Positions 20,526-31,304 are shown, counted from the stretch's first letter. The stretch is 64,000 nt of DNA from an uncultured delta proteobacterium (GCA_963808625.1 CAWEHK010000035.1:1-64000); one strand, 5' to 3'. Notes: generated by a model from the letters alone, not told the origin. Numbers and translations: made by a program.

Positions 20526-21659
20526 TTAACATTCGGAACCAAACAGACCTTCAATAAAATAAACAGTCCTGGCTGCACCCGCCAGGTCAAGGTTCAATTC
20601 ATGAGACGACTCCCATGGTTCTTTCAAAGCCTCGTCGATTGCTTCGGAGAGATTCTCGGTGCTCAGAGAACGCAGGATCTTGACCAATCCCAAGTTTTCG
20701 AGCTTCGTTGCCCGGAGAGTCTGTTCGCGGTTTTGTGGAAACGGGTAGACGATCGCTTTGACGCCGGTATTGAGAATGTCCATGCAGGTGTTGTACCCGG
20801 CCATGCTGATGGAAAGTTCGGCGGCCATGAGTTCAGCCAGAAAGTCCGGGGAGAAGGGATGGAGGGTGGTGCGGGAATCTTTGGCGGCGAGGTCCTCCAG
20901 AAAGTCCCGGTCAGCCGGTTCCATGAACGGCCCGAGAAAGACCTTGAGCAGCAGGTTCGGGTCCGGCAGGGATGGCACCGCCAGGATTGCCGCGGCCAGC
21001 AGGTCCACGCCTACCTTGCCGCCGCCGCTGCTGGCCACGATGATCTTCTTCTCGCGATCTTTCTCGACCGTCGGCAGAGGTCTGGTCACAAACCCGGTGT
21101 AGTGAATCGGAACGCGAATTTTATCCACCTGCGTGAAAGTCTCTTCCAGGGCAATGAGCCTGGGGTCGGAATGAACCAGGAGCAGGTCATAATACGTGTT
21201 GAGAAGATCCAGGACCCATTTTTCATAGGCGGCCTGATTGGCCTTCTCCACGAGAATATCCCTCAGGCTGCAGACCACCCTGGTCGGCATCCGGTTCTCG
21301 CGGATCCTTCGCAGGACCGGCATCAGTTCAAAACGGAACTGCCTGCGCCCAAAGGGGAACAGTTCCGTCAAAAAGACTTGCGGGGAAAAATCCAGGAACG
21401 CCCCCATCAGGAGTTCCGCTCGCGCGGCCTTGATTTCTTCGAGGCTGCCCTCGCGCACTTCCATCGCCTTGAATTCGGCATCCATCATGAGGGGCGGCAG
21501 CAAGAATCTCCTCACGTGAGCCGGAGGAGCGAATCCGGGAAGAGGATCGCCGCCTTCCACAAACAGGACTTCGTGGCCGTGCAGGGCCCGGGCAATTGCC
21601 ATGCTCCGGAAGAAATGGCCGATGCCCAGGATGTGTTGGCTGTAGAGCATGATCTTCAT
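20526..21659 (-). CDS. Predicted GT-B glycosyltransferase (GT28 C-terminal-like)
   Basis: 'YSQHILGIGHFFR','ELFPFGR','SSGGGKVG','ISMAGYNT','EQTLRA'. Confidence 0.8.
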   Translation of the reverse strand: MKIMLYSQHILGIGHFFRSMAIARALHGHEVLFVEGGDPLPGFAPPAHVRRFLLPPLMMDAEFKAMEVREGSLEEIKAARAELLMGAFLDFSPQVFLTELFPFGRRQFRFELMPVLRRIRENRMPTRVVCSLRDILVEKANQAAYEKWVLDLLNTYYDLLLVHSDPRLIALEETFTQVDKIRVPIHYTGFVTRPLPTVEKDREKKIIVASSGGGKVGVDLLAAAILAVPSLPDPNLLLKVFLGPFMEPADRDFLEDLAAKDSRTTLHPFSPDFLAELMAAELSISMAGYNTCMDILNTGVKAIVYPFPQNREQTLRATKLENLGLVKILRSLSTENLSEAIDEALKEPWESSHELNLDLAGAARTVYFIEGLFGSEC

Positions 21660-22879
21660 GAGCGGATAATGTCCATGGGTTGAATGGTGGTTGCCCTTTG
21701 CGAGGGGTAGATCCCGGCCAGGACGCCGACGGTAACCGATGCCGCGAACGCGAGGCCCAGACCTGCCAGAGAAATACTGAAGGGAAGCTGGGAGAGGCTG
21801 AATACCAGAATGCTTACGGCCAGGCCCAGGACGACCCCCGCCAGTCCTCCCAGGAACGAGATGAAAGAGGATTCCAACAAGAACTGCAGGATAATGTCCC
21901 GTTTCCGGGAGCCGACCGCCCGTCTTATCCCAATCTCGACGCGACGCTCATTGACGATGAGGATCATGATGGAGAGGATGCCGATGGCCCCGATGACGAA
22001 CGAAACCGTTGCGGAGATTCTCCCGAGGACCGTGATCAGAGCGGTCGCCTGGCTCTTCAAGGCCGTAATGTCTTTCAAGTCAATCACGGTGAAATCATCT
22101 TTTTGTCCCGGTTGGATCCTGTGCCGGACGCGCAGGATCTCTTCGATCTCTTTTTTGGCTTGCCCCAGCACTTCACTGTCCGTGGCCTGGACAAAGATGT
22201 TATTGATGAAGTCCTTGTTCACAAATCGCCTTAGAAACGTGTTGATCGGGACGAAGACCTGGTTGTCCTGGTCCACGTTCGAAACATCGACGCCCTTCTC
22301 CTCCATGACCCCAATTACCTGACAGGGCACTCGCCACACCAGAATGGTCTTGCCGAGAGGGCCCTCGCTGCCAAAAAGCTTCTCCGCAACTTTTTTTCCG
22401 ATGACGGCAACGCGCGCAAGTTCCTTATTGTCCTCCTCACTGATAAAAGCGCCTTCCTTTGGGTAGAAGTTCCTCACCTGCGGGTAGTTGGGCGCGGCGC
22501 CGGTGACCAGGATCGAGGAAAGGACGACGCTCCCGTAGCGGACGGGAAAGTTCTTGAACGACGCCGGGGAAACCGCAGCGACCAGAGGGGAGCCCTCGGC
22601 GATGGCCCGGGCATCGTCGAGGTTGAGTTTGGCCGCTTCGGTAAATAACCTGGTCTGCGGACCGAAGCGCAGTACCGTGCCGCTCCGAACCACGAGGAGG
22701 TCCTTCCCGAGCTTATCAAGCTCTATTTGCCCTCGTCTGGCAAGGGAGTCGGCGAGGTTGGAAACGAGAATGAGCGAAAAGGTCCCGAGGAAGACCCCCA
22801 GCACGGCAAGCGAGGTCCTCAGCTTGAAGCTGGTGAGTGAGCGCAGGGCGATGCTGAGATTGAGAACGATCCGTCTCAT
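21656..22879 (-). CDS. MacB-like ABC permease
   Basis: MacB periplasmic core; 'VNERRVEIGIRRAVG'; start placed at MRRIVLN. Confidence 0.9.
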   Translation of the reverse strand: MRRIVLNLSIALRSLTSFKLRTSLAVLGVFLGTFSLILVSNLADSLARRGQIELDKLGKDLLVVRSGTVLRFGPQTRLFTEAAKLNLDDARAIAEGSPLVAAVSPASFKNFPVRYGSVVLSSILVTGAAPNYPQVRNFYPKEGAFISEEDNKELARVAVIGKKVAEKLFGSEGPLGKTILVWRVPCQVIGVMEEKGVDVSNVDQDNQVFVPINTFLRRFVNKDFINNIFVQATDSEVLGQAKKEIEEILRVRHRIQPGQKDDFTVIDLKDITALKSQATALITVLGRISATVSFVIGAIGILSIMILIVNERRVEIGIRRAVGSRKRDIILQFLLESSFISFLGGLAGVVLGLAVSILVFSLSQLPFSISLAGLGLAFAASVTVGVLAGIYPSQRATTIQPMDIIRS

Positions 22880-24090
22880 CCCCTGATGGCCTCGATGGGT
22901 TTGAGGTTTGCGGCGTGGGAGGCCGGCTGCAGGCCGAAGCCGATCCCTACCAGCCACGAAAGCAGCAGGCCGACCGCAAATGCCTTCCAGGAAAAGTAAA
23001 TGGGAAACTGGGCGATCATGGTGAGGAACTCCGAAGCGACCACCCCTACCAGAAAGCCGACGAGTCCTCCAAGCGTGGTGATGATCACCGCTTCACCCAG
23101 GAACTGCAGGCGGATGTCCCGCTTTTTTGCACCCACCGATCTTCTAATGCCGATTTCGGTAGTCCGCTCCTTTACTGACAGCAGGAAAAGATTGGCGAGC
23201 ACAAACCCCGCGACAATCAGCGAAATCACCCCGACGATGCCGATGAAAACGACCAGGGAACCGGTCAGCGCCACCAGGAAACCGATGATTTCCTTGGGGG
23301 AGATGACCCTGAAATCATCCGGTTCGCCGGACGCTATCCGGTGCCGCTCACGCAGCAGCAATTTGACTTCATTCGCGTAATAATCCAGGTTCTGTTGATC
23401 GGTGAAGCGGACCCGGAACACCGGGACGTATTTCCGCTCATTCTGGATCTTCGTCATCACCGAGGTCAGGGGCATGACAATGCGGTCATCGAGGTTGGCT
23501 CCCATCGGGGTCGTCCCGCGCGCCGAGAGCACCCCCACGATCTGGACGGGGATGTTGCGAACAAAGATGTATTTCCCCACCGGGCTTTCATCCCCGAACA
23601 GCTCATCAGCCAGGTATTGTCCGATCAGCGCCACGTTGCGCAAGCCCTTGACATCCTCTTCCGTGAGGTCGGAACCCTGCACCACGGGCCATGTCCATGC
23701 CCTGCTGTAATCGTCGGTCGCCCCCACCAGCAGGGTTTGCACCTTCTTGTCCCGGTACGCGACCGTTGCTTCCCCGATCGTGGTCATCGGGACCACCACG
23801 TAGGCGCTGGAAAAGGCCTCCTTCACGGCTTGAACGTCGTCGAGCGTAAGGGTCTTCTGCCTTTGTCCCACGGCCCTTGCTTCATCGCTCCCGCCGAGCA
23901 CCAGGAGCGAGTCCGGTCCAAACATCTCGACGATATCGTAAGCCTTCTTGTAGGCGCCTTCGGTCGCGGCGACGATGACGGTAATCGAGGCGATCCCCAG
24001 GGCGACACTGATGAGGCAGAAGAAAGTCCTCAGCTTGAAAGCCGTCACGGCGCGCACCGACTGCGACAGGATTCTTAGCAGGCGCTCCAT
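22876..24090 (-). CDS. MacB-like ABC permease
   Basis: 'SVKERTTEIGIRRSVGA','QFLGEA'. Confidence 0.9.
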   Translation of the reverse strand: MERLLRILSQSVRAVTAFKLRTFFCLISVALGIASITVIVAATEGAYKKAYDIVEMFGPDSLLVLGGSDEARAVGQRQKTLTLDDVQAVKEAFSSAYVVVPMTTIGEATVAYRDKKVQTLLVGATDDYSRAWTWPVVQGSDLTEEDVKGLRNVALIGQYLADELFGDESPVGKYIFVRNIPVQIVGVLSARGTTPMGANLDDRIVMPLTSVMTKIQNERKYVPVFRVRFTDQQNLDYYANEVKLLLRERHRIASGEPDDFRVISPKEIIGFLVALTGSLVVFIGIVGVISLIVAGFVLANLFLLSVKERTTEIGIRRSVGAKKRDIRLQFLGEAVIITTLGGLVGFLVGVVASEFLTMIAQFPIYFSWKAFAVGLLLSWLVGIGFGLQPASHAANLKPIEAIRG

Positions 24091-24093
24091 CAG

Positions 24094-24768
24094 TCAGGCA
24101 TCGACAATCAGGCCATCCCTCAAATGGATGGTCCTTTTGGCGTACGCCGCAGTGGCCGGGTCGTGGGTGATGACAATGACGGTTTTCCCTCTTTCGTTCA
24201 TCCTCGAAAGGAGCCCCAGGATTTCACCGGCAGTCTTGCTGTCGAGCTGCCCGGTAGGTTCATCCGCGAGGATCATCTCGGGATTGTTGATCAGCGCCCT
24301 GGCAATGGCGACACGCTGTTGCTGACCGCCGGAAAGTTGATTGGGTTTGAATTTTGCCCGGTCCTTCAGGCCCACCAGATCGAGGATTTCCATGGCCTTT
24401 TTCGCGGGACTGCCTTCTTTTTGTTTCTCCACGTAGAGGGTCGGTAGCAGAACATTTTCAAGTACGGTGGCGTAGGGCATCAGGTAAAAATTCTGGAAGA
24501 CAAAGCCGATGTGTTCGTTTCTCAAGACCGAAAGCTCATCGTCGGTAAGGTGCGTCACCACATTATCGGCCAGGATGTATTCCCCTGATGTCGGCACATC
24601 GAGGCAGCCGAGGATGTTCATGAGGGTAGTCTTCCCTGAACCCGACGGTCCCATGATGGCGGTGAACTCGCCGTGGTCGATCCGAAGGTCGATGCCCTTC
24701 AGGACTTCAACGTCCTGTTCACCGATGGTGTAAGTCTTTTTCACCTGCTCCAATACGCAGAGGGGCAT
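24094..24768 (-). CDS. ABC transporter ATP-binding protein (MacB-type)
   Basis: [32 protein letters not shown]. Confidence 0.95.
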   Translation of the reverse strand: MPLCVLEQVKKTYTIGEQDVEVLKGIDLRIDHGEFTAIMGPSGSGKTTLMNILGCLDVPTSGEYILADNVVTHLTDDELSVLRNEHIGFVFQNFYLMPYATVLENVLLPTLYVEKQKEGSPAKKAMEILDLVGLKDRAKFKPNQLSGGQQQRVAIARALINNPEMILADEPTGQLDSKTAGEILGLLSRMNERGKTVIVITHDPATAAYAKRTIHLRDGLIVDA

Positions 24769-25072
24769 ACCGTTGTTTTCCCCGTCACGATCATCTGGGG
24801 TTAGCCATCAAACCCTTTTTCAAACCACGGAACACACGGAATACACGGAAAAATGAAAGATATTATTCCGTATGTTTCGTGTGTTTCAAGGTCACCGTCC
24901 TCTCTGCTGAATGTTTACGTTGCGCTCCGAGGTGCAGGGAGCATACCGTCAGCTTCCCGATCATAATCATCTGGGGTTTGCCATCAAACTTTTTTTCAAA
25001 CCACGGAACACACGGAATACACGGAAAAGAGAAGGAGATTGTTCCGTGTATTCCGTGTGTTCCGTGGTTAAG
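24740..25072. repeat. ~176-bp imperfect tandem duplication containing a long hairpin
   Basis: gcataccgt...atcatctggggtt.gccatcaaac...caaaccacggaacacacggaatacacggaaaa occurs from 24765 and from 24941. Confidence 0.85.
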
Positions 25073-25080
25073 AAAATATT

Positions 25081-26283
25081 TTACCTCCAGACCAATCTCA
25101 AGACTTGGTGGTCATCGGCAAGAATGATTTTGGTGGCCAGCTCATCTCCCTCGTTGGCGCCCGAGAGGATCTCGGTCTTGTCTTCCCCTCTCAGACCGGT
25201 CTTCAGCTCAAGCTTATCGACCTTGTTGGGACCGATCACTTTGTATGCGATCTGTTTCCCTTCCTCGAACTTAATCGCCGCATTGGGGGCCGTCAGAATG
25301 TTCGTCTTCTCTTCGAAGACGACCTTCGCGTGCGTCGTCATCTCGGGCTTCAGGAATGCGGCATCTTCTTTTGGGATACTCACAATGGCAAGATAATAGA
25401 CAATGTTGTCCTTGATCTGCGGCTGAGGGTAAAGCTTGTCGATGGTCCCATGGAAAGTCCTGTCAGGGAAGGTGTCGACATAGAATTCAACCCGCTGGCC
25501 GATTTTGGTCTTGCCGATATTGGTTTCATCGACGTAGATCTGCATTTCCAGGAGGGTCGGGTCGAGGATGGTGACGAGATTGGCCACCTGCAGTCCGGCC
25601 ACGATGGTTTCTCCCTGCTGGAGCGTGACGTCCGAGACCACGCCGTCAATGGGGGCCTGGATTTTCGTGAACGAGAGCACCACCTCCAATTCTCTGATTT
25701 GCGCGGCAATCTCTTCAATCCTGGCCTTGGTGATTGCTTCCTGGGTGAGGTATTCATCCTGAAGTCTCCTCAGGTTGGCTTCCGTTGCCTTGAATACGCT
25801 TTCCGCTTTGTCCACGGCATCGAGGGTGGTGTATTCGGATTTGAGGAGCTCCCGTTCCCTCGCATAGTCGGTCCTGGCGTAATGATGATTGGCCTGGGCC
25901 TCCTTGATCCTTTGGGGATAGGTCAAGGCGATCTGTTTCAGCGTATTCTTTTCCGCCAGGAGGGAAGCCGTCAGGCGCTGGATTTTTTCTTTCGTGTCCC
26001 GGTCATCAATCAGGGCAATGAGGTCGCCTTTCCTGACCTTATCGCCGATCTTCACATTCATCTGGACGATGGTCCCCGTGGCGCGCGACCCGATTTTAAC
26101 GACCGCCCCCACCTGTGGCTTGATGATGCCGGTTTCGACCAGCACTCCCCGGATATCGCCCCGTTCGACCTTGGCGCTTTCGAGGACCTTTACCTCTGAT
26201 TTTGGGAAGAATTTCCGGTAGGCAAAAAACCCGCCCGCGGCAAGGAGAAGAATGATAAGAACGATGGTAGATAGTTTTTTCAT
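25081..26283 (-). CDS. MacA-like periplasmic adaptor (membrane fusion protein)
   Basis: N-terminal TM; 'VKIGDKVRKGDLIA','IQAPIDGVV','VDETNIG'. Confidence 0.9.
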   Translation of the reverse strand: MKKLSTIVLIILLLAAGGFFAYRKFFPKSEVKVLESAKVERGDIRGVLVETGIIKPQVGAVVKIGSRATGTIVQMNVKIGDKVRKGDLIALIDDRDTKEKIQRLTASLLAEKNTLKQIALTYPQRIKEAQANHHYARTDYARERELLKSEYTTLDAVDKAESVFKATEANLRRLQDEYLTQEAITKARIEEIAAQIRELEVVLSFTKIQAPIDGVVSDVTLQQGETIVAGLQVANLVTILDPTLLEMQIYVDETNIGKTKIGQRVEFYVDTFPDRTFHGTIDKLYPQPQIKDNIVYYLAIVSIPKEDAAFLKPEMTTHAKVVFEEKTNILTAPNAAIKFEEGKQIAYKVIGPNKVDKLELKTGLRGEDKTEILSGANEGDELATKIILADDHQVLRLVWR

Positions 26284-26349
26284 TATCTTTAAAAGCCTTC
26301 CACGAAGTCACACGAAGGGTTACGAAGACACACGAACAAAAGAAAGAGG

Positions 26350-26530
26350 TCCGACATTCAGAATCCCAATCCGACATCTGACATCGAGAAAATCGCGTTC
26401 CCACAAGTCACACGAAGACGGACGAAGGCACACGAATCCGATAAATAATTCCGCCATCTGAAATCCACCATCCACCATCCCCAATCCGCAATCCCAAATC
26501 CGCAATCCGACATCCGACATCCGACATCCG
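26350..26530. repeat. Degenerate heptamer repeats (AATCCGC/CATCCGA)
   Basis: aatccgcaatcccaaatccgcaatccgacatccgacatccgacatccg. Confidence 0.8.
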
Positions 26531-27805
26531 TTACGGCGCCAGTGTTTCGAGTTTCTCGATGCCGGCGGTGCGTTCAAGCAGGGCCTTCGAGAGCTGGACG
26601 TCCAACTGGGAGAGCGTCAATTGTTCCTGCGCCCGCGCCAGGGAGCTTTCCGCTACCACCAGGGAGAGGATGTCACCTTTGCCGACCTTGTATTCTCCGA
26701 AAGCCTGCGCATAGTTCTGGTCGGCAGCCCGCAGTTGCTCCTGAGCGACTGCCGTATTTTTCATCGCCGTTACCAAGTCATCATAAGCCTTGCTGACATC
26801 CACCAGGACCAGTCTTGTAGTTTCCTTGAGGTTCTCTTCGGAAACCCTGGTATCCGTCTTGGCAGCCTTTCTTTTGTAAAACTTGCCCAGCTCGAGAATA
26901 TTCCACGTCGCAAAAAGGCCGACAGAGCTGTCATTGTAGTCGTAGGTCCCGAGCAGTCCTCCCTGCACCCTCGAATAGGAGCCGTTGGCAGAGATGGTCG
27001 GGTAAAAGGGGCTGGTTTGAAGCGTGACGTTGCTTTGAGCGATCTTCACGCTGATTTCCGCCTGCTTGATCTCGGGTCTTGCCATGGCTGCCTGGGAGAG
27101 CAGCGTTCGGTTGGGCAGCCTGAGGTCAAGGTCCAAGGGCCCCTGTAGGTCATACGCAGTGTCCAATGCTCTGCCCAGGAGGGAATTGAGCTCGGCGATC
27201 CACTTGGAGAGGTCGCCCTCCGCCTGCACGATGTTGTATTTCGCCTGTTCCAGCCTGACGGAAGCCTGCAGGACGTCCGAAAGCTTGGCCACCCCGAGCT
27301 TGTGCCTTCCTTGCGCTACGGCGAAGACCTTTTCAGCATCCTTGAGCTGGATTTGACGCTGCTCAACGATTATTTTCCTCGCCATCACGGTGAAGAACGC
27401 GCCCTTAACGTTGAACTCCAGGTCCAGCAGGGTCTTTGCCACCCCTTGGCCGCTGAAGGCCAGGTTCGACTTGGCAATGTCCTTGCTGGCCTTGCTTCGT
27501 CCGCCATCGAACAGCGTGTACGAGAGCGTGACGTCATAAGTGCTCTGATTAAAATCATCGGGCGACGTGTAGAATCTCTGGTTGGTGGTGGCAGCATCGA
27601 GGCTCGGGAAATAGGGGGAAAGAGAGGCCTTGTAGAGATCACCCGAAGACTGCACTTGAAACTGCGAAGCCTTGAGCGTCGGCAGGTATTGCTTGGCCAT
27701 GGCAAGGGCATCGTCAAGGCTCAGGGCATAACTTCGGCACGGCAGGGCGACCCAAAGGGCGAACAACATCAGCGGCAAACGCCCCTGGTTCCCAAAGAAA
27801 TACAT
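26531..27805 (-). CDS. TolC-family outer membrane efflux protein
   Basis: Signal peptide, 'LSLDDAL', two OEP-like halves; sits upstream of macA/macB-like genes. Confidence 0.9.
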   Translation of the reverse strand: MYFFGNQGRLPLMLFALWVALPCRSYALSLDDALAMAKQYLPTLKASQFQVQSSGDLYKASLSPYFPSLDAATTNQRFYTSPDDFNQSTYDVTLSYTLFDGGRSKASKDIAKSNLAFSGQGVAKTLLDLEFNVKGAFFTVMARKIIVEQRQIQLKDAEKVFAVAQGRHKLGVAKLSDVLQASVRLEQAKYNIVQAEGDLSKWIAELNSLLGRALDTAYDLQGPLDLDLRLPNRTLLSQAAMARPEIKQAEISVKIAQSNVTLQTSPFYPTISANGSYSRVQGGLLGTYDYNDSSVGLFATWNILELGKFYKRKAAKTDTRVSEENLKETTRLVLVDVSKAYDDLVTAMKNTAVAQEQLRAADQNYAQAFGEYKVGKGDILSLVVAESSLARAQEQLTLSQLDVQLSKALLERTAGIEKLETLAP

Positions 27806-27890
27806 CGCATGCAGATTCTTCCCCTACAAATATGAAATCAGGTCACGTAGCATCTTTTACTCTCCTCACTCCCTCATCACTCATCACTCC

Positions 27891-29060
27891 CTACCCCAGC
27901 CTCAAACTGGTAACAATGTTCATGCGCGCGGCCCTGAGCGCCGGGAGAATGCCTCCAGCCAGGCCCATTACCACCGAAAAGGTCAGGGCGTCGAGGATTA
28001 TGGACTGCGTTAAGGCAAAGCGAAAGGACAAATCGGAAAAAGTCTGCCAGTTCATGGTGGAAATGGTGAGCTGATCCATGAATGAAGCCGCAAACAGGCC
28101 GAGCAAGCCACCGATGAAGCCCAAAAAGAGCGATTCCATCAGGAAGGCGCTGAGGATGGTCCGCCGCTTGAATCCCAGGGCGCGCAGGGTCCCGATTTCC
28201 GCAACCCGGGAGGAAACCGCAGCGTACATGGTGACCATGGAGCCGATGACTGCGCCGAGGCCGAAAATAAGCGTCAAGGTAATGCCGAGGATCCGAATGA
28301 AGTTGGCCATAAGGCGCGATTGAGCCGCATAGTATTCGGTTTCCCTCCAGGCTTCGACCGTCAGCCGCGGGTCCTTCATCACCCGCTCGCGCAGGGATGA
28401 GAAGGCGGTCGCGTCGGCCAGGCGGCCGATGACCGAGGAGTAGACCTGGCGGCGAAAGGAATTCATGACCAGGTTTGCATCTCCCCAGATTTCCGATTCG
28501 AAGCCATTTCCGCCGGAGTCCATGATGCCCACGATGGTCCACGTGCGCATCCCAAAATTGATGGCTTCTCCCAGCCCTCCAGTGGCAAAGCGGCGGGCGA
28601 TGCTTTTCCCGATGACTACCTCCGCCGCGCCGGAATGGAAACGACGCCCCGCACTGATCTTCAGTTGGGGCCTCAGAGCGAAGGAATTTTCCGGGTCGGC
28701 GCCGCGCACCGTGATGTTGGCGGCGCTGCGGTCGCTGCGCCGGCTGAGTGAGATCAAGACCACCACTTCACGCGCAGCAAATCTATGCCCTTCAGGAGTG
28801 GCGCCGATTTCCGGCTGGTTCTCCAGGACCGCTGCTTCCTCCCGGTCGATGATGCTTTGCACCTCCGTTTCCGAGGACCGGCGGATAAACACCACATTGT
28901 CCTGGTTGCCGGTGCTCACGAGGGTCCTTTCCAGGCCCATCGCCAGCATGAGCACCGCCGTAAAGACGAAGACCACCAGGCCCATGCCTCCGGCCGTGAG
29001 CAGCGTGGTCAGCCGTCGCACCCAGAGGTTGCGGTAACTGTATCGGGCGAGGATGAACAT
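27891..29060 (-). CDS. ABC transporter permease (FtsX/MacB family)
   Basis: 'RNLWVRRLTTLLT','SRVAEIGTLRALGF','GGILPALRAAR'. Confidence 0.9.
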   Translation of the reverse strand: MFILARYSYRNLWVRRLTTLLTAGGMGLVVFVFTAVLMLAMGLERTLVSTGNQDNVVFIRRSSETEVQSIIDREEAAVLENQPEIGATPEGHRFAAREVVVLISLSRRSDRSAANITVRGADPENSFALRPQLKISAGRRFHSGAAEVVIGKSIARRFATGGLGEAINFGMRTWTIVGIMDSGGNGFESEIWGDANLVMNSFRRQVYSSVIGRLADATAFSSLRERVMKDPRLTVEAWRETEYYAAQSRLMANFIRILGITLTLIFGLGAVIGSMVTMYAAVSSRVAEIGTLRALGFKRRTILSAFLMESLFLGFIGGLLGLFAASFMDQLTISTMNWQTFSDLSFRFALTQSIILDALTFSVVMGLAGGILPALRAARMNIVTSLRLG

Positions 29061-29233
29061 GCCGCCTTCTCAGTGCGTGCGCGAGTTTAAGAAACTGTCC
29101 AAAAACAACTTGCACTCATCTTAGCCATTTTGAACCATGAAGCCATTTTGAACCACAGAGGACACGAAGAGAACGAAGAGCATGAAGAAATCACTTCGTG
29201 CTCTTCGTGTCCTTCATGGTAAAAGGTGGTCCT

Positions 29234-29788
29234 CTATTTTCGGACGCCCTCTAAAATGTGAGCCAGAGTCTGACGATCTTCCTCGGAAAATATGCGGGGA
29301 GTCATCGCCGCCCCGGCGGGCTTCGCTTCGAAGCGTTCGAGCAAAGAAGTCAGGAGGGTTGCTGCTTCCGGTCGCTTATCTTTCCGTGACCGACTCGGTC
29401 CCGGTCGCTGTTTCAGGGGGGCAGTCTGCTCGAGCGCCAGTGCTTGCAGGTCCTGGCAGACATTGCGAAAAGCCGCGGCCTGCTCACCTTTGCCCGCCAT
29501 TTCAGCAAGCTCTGCCAGAAGCCCGAAGGCGAGCGCATTCTTCTGGATTTCCCCCGCTGCCTCCATCAGGATCTTCTCGGCCTCACCGCATTCAGCGAGT
29601 TCTTTCAGGGCCCATCCGAGCAGGACGCGACCGCGAAGGTCCCGGGGATAAAATGTCAGGCCCTCCCGGCACACCCGCACCGCTCCGCCCATAATCCTTG
29701 ATCGCAGAGTTGCTCCGCCCATGAGGCAAAAGCCTCCGAGCCAGGATCAAACTCGTGCATATTGGTCGTTCTGTTCGGCATTATCCAT
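29234..29788 (-). CDS. TPR-like helical protein (5' frameshifts)
   Basis: ORF 29234-29722 'VCREGLTFYPRDLRGRVLLGWAL'; upstream 'DPGSEAF' in another frame. Confidence 0.55.
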
Positions 29789-30052
29789 GAGGTCCCCTCT
29801 ATTTGCCCGTTGCCTGAAGCCGGCTGCAACCACGGCGTGAATGTAAGGAAAGTGCCCTACGGAGGTCAAGAAAGAAAAGCGGATAAAAAATCACAAACCA
29901 GGCCGGGCCCCTCCTACAGGGGCGTCCAGAAATAGATTGCCTCATGTTACCACGAAGAGCACGAAGCACACGAAGTGATTTCTTCGAGCTCTTCGTGTCC
30001 TTCGTGGTTCGAAAAAGGGCTCAAATGAGTACAATTTCTTTTTGGACAGTCT

Positions 30053-30216
30053 CTAAGTGCAGCACAGCAGAATAAAGTGCCCATTACCACCCGGTCGTCA
30101 TTCCCGCATGCTCTCAGCGGGAATCCAGGGAATTTGCACAGCCTGGATTCCCGCCAGAAACACGCGGGAATGACGAGTGGCATTCGGACACCTAATTTAT
30201 GCGGTGCTGTACTAAG
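30053..30216. mobile_element. MITE-like element, copy A (~160 bp)
   Basis: Flanked by CTAAG on both sides; terminal IR gcagcacagcagaataaa / tttatgcggtgctgtac; internal REP palindrome; nearly identical to 50285-50447. Confidence 0.8.
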
Positions 30217-30982
30217 TACTGGGCGCCTGGGCTTTTAGTGAGTCGGCCAGGAAAATTCGCAGTTGCGTAGCCAGGTTATGGGCCTGCCGCAGGGGCTCGG
30301 GGATGCGGAATCGGCCCAGACAGCGATGAATCAGGTCCTTCGAGCTTTCGAGATCGCTCAGATGGCCGGGCGAGATGTAGATGGGTTTGACGCCGTCGCG
30401 GGAGCGAAACACCCAGCCGACCACCTCGTCCCGAAGATGCAGAGGCGTTGCACTACCCCGACGAAACTCAAGCTCACCGTGCTTGCCGCAAAGGAGTTTC
30501 TTCGCGCAGCCCACGGTGGGGGTATCGAGGCAAAGCCCAAGATGCGAGGCGAGCCCGAACCTTCGCGGATGGGCGATTCCCTGACCGTCGCACAGCAGCA
30601 CCTCGGGTGGCTGCCGAAGCTTGCGGTGAGCTGCCAGCAGTGAGGGCACTTCCCGAAATGAGAGGAGACCGGGTACATAAGGGAAGGTAATGGGGGCGAC
30701 CACGTGGGAGCGCTCGATGAGACCGAGATCGGGCCACTCAAAGGTCACCATTACCGCAACCAGCTGATTCGATGCGGCAAGGTAGGCAATATCCGCCGCG
30801 CCCAGGACCCGGAAGGTTCTGGGGAGCGATTGTAGCCTCACGTGCGCGGCGAGTTCCCGCTGCCGATCTCTGGCTTCCGCGGGTTGGACTTCCCAAGGAT
30901 TCGAAGCCCTGTCGTCGCTGGCTTCGGATGATAGCACAGCACCGTCTTGCTCTCTCTGCCGCTGCCCTGTGTTATCGCCCAT
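30212..30982 (-). CDS. nfi: Endonuclease V
   Basis: 'FPYVPGLLSFRE','CDGQGIAHPRRFGLASHLG','PIYISPGH','RIPEPLRQAH'. Confidence 0.95.
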   Translation of the reverse strand: MGDNTGQRQREQDGAVLSSEASDDRASNPWEVQPAEARDRQRELAAHVRLQSLPRTFRVLGAADIAYLAASNQLVAVMVTFEWPDLGLIERSHVVAPITFPYVPGLLSFREVPSLLAAHRKLRQPPEVLLCDGQGIAHPRRFGLASHLGLCLDTPTVGCAKKLLCGKHGELEFRRGSATPLHLRDEVVGWVFRSRDGVKPIYISPGHLSDLESSKDLIHRCLGRFRIPEPLRQAHNLATQLRIFLADSLKAQAPST

Positions 30983-31304
30983 CTTGCCTTATGCTATGCC
31001 ATTCCTGAATCAGCGGCTTATTGGCAGGAAACATGCCTAGAACAGCTTCAAACTGTTGCCGTGGTATTGATTGTCTCATCCCTTTTCGGGAATTGGATGT
31101 CAGCGCGCACGAAGGAACACGAGTCTTCGCGACGATTTTCTTGGCCCAGTTTCTTCCTGCCCCGCCGAGGCTTTATCCAAATATACTTAACATGGCGATG
31201 ATCGTTCCTGCGACTACGCTTTTCTTGAACAATGGATTGAAACGACCCCGATAAAGCATGAAGTCGTCTCAATCCTTGTTCGTTGGCGTGGCCCCCAATT
31301 TTGC

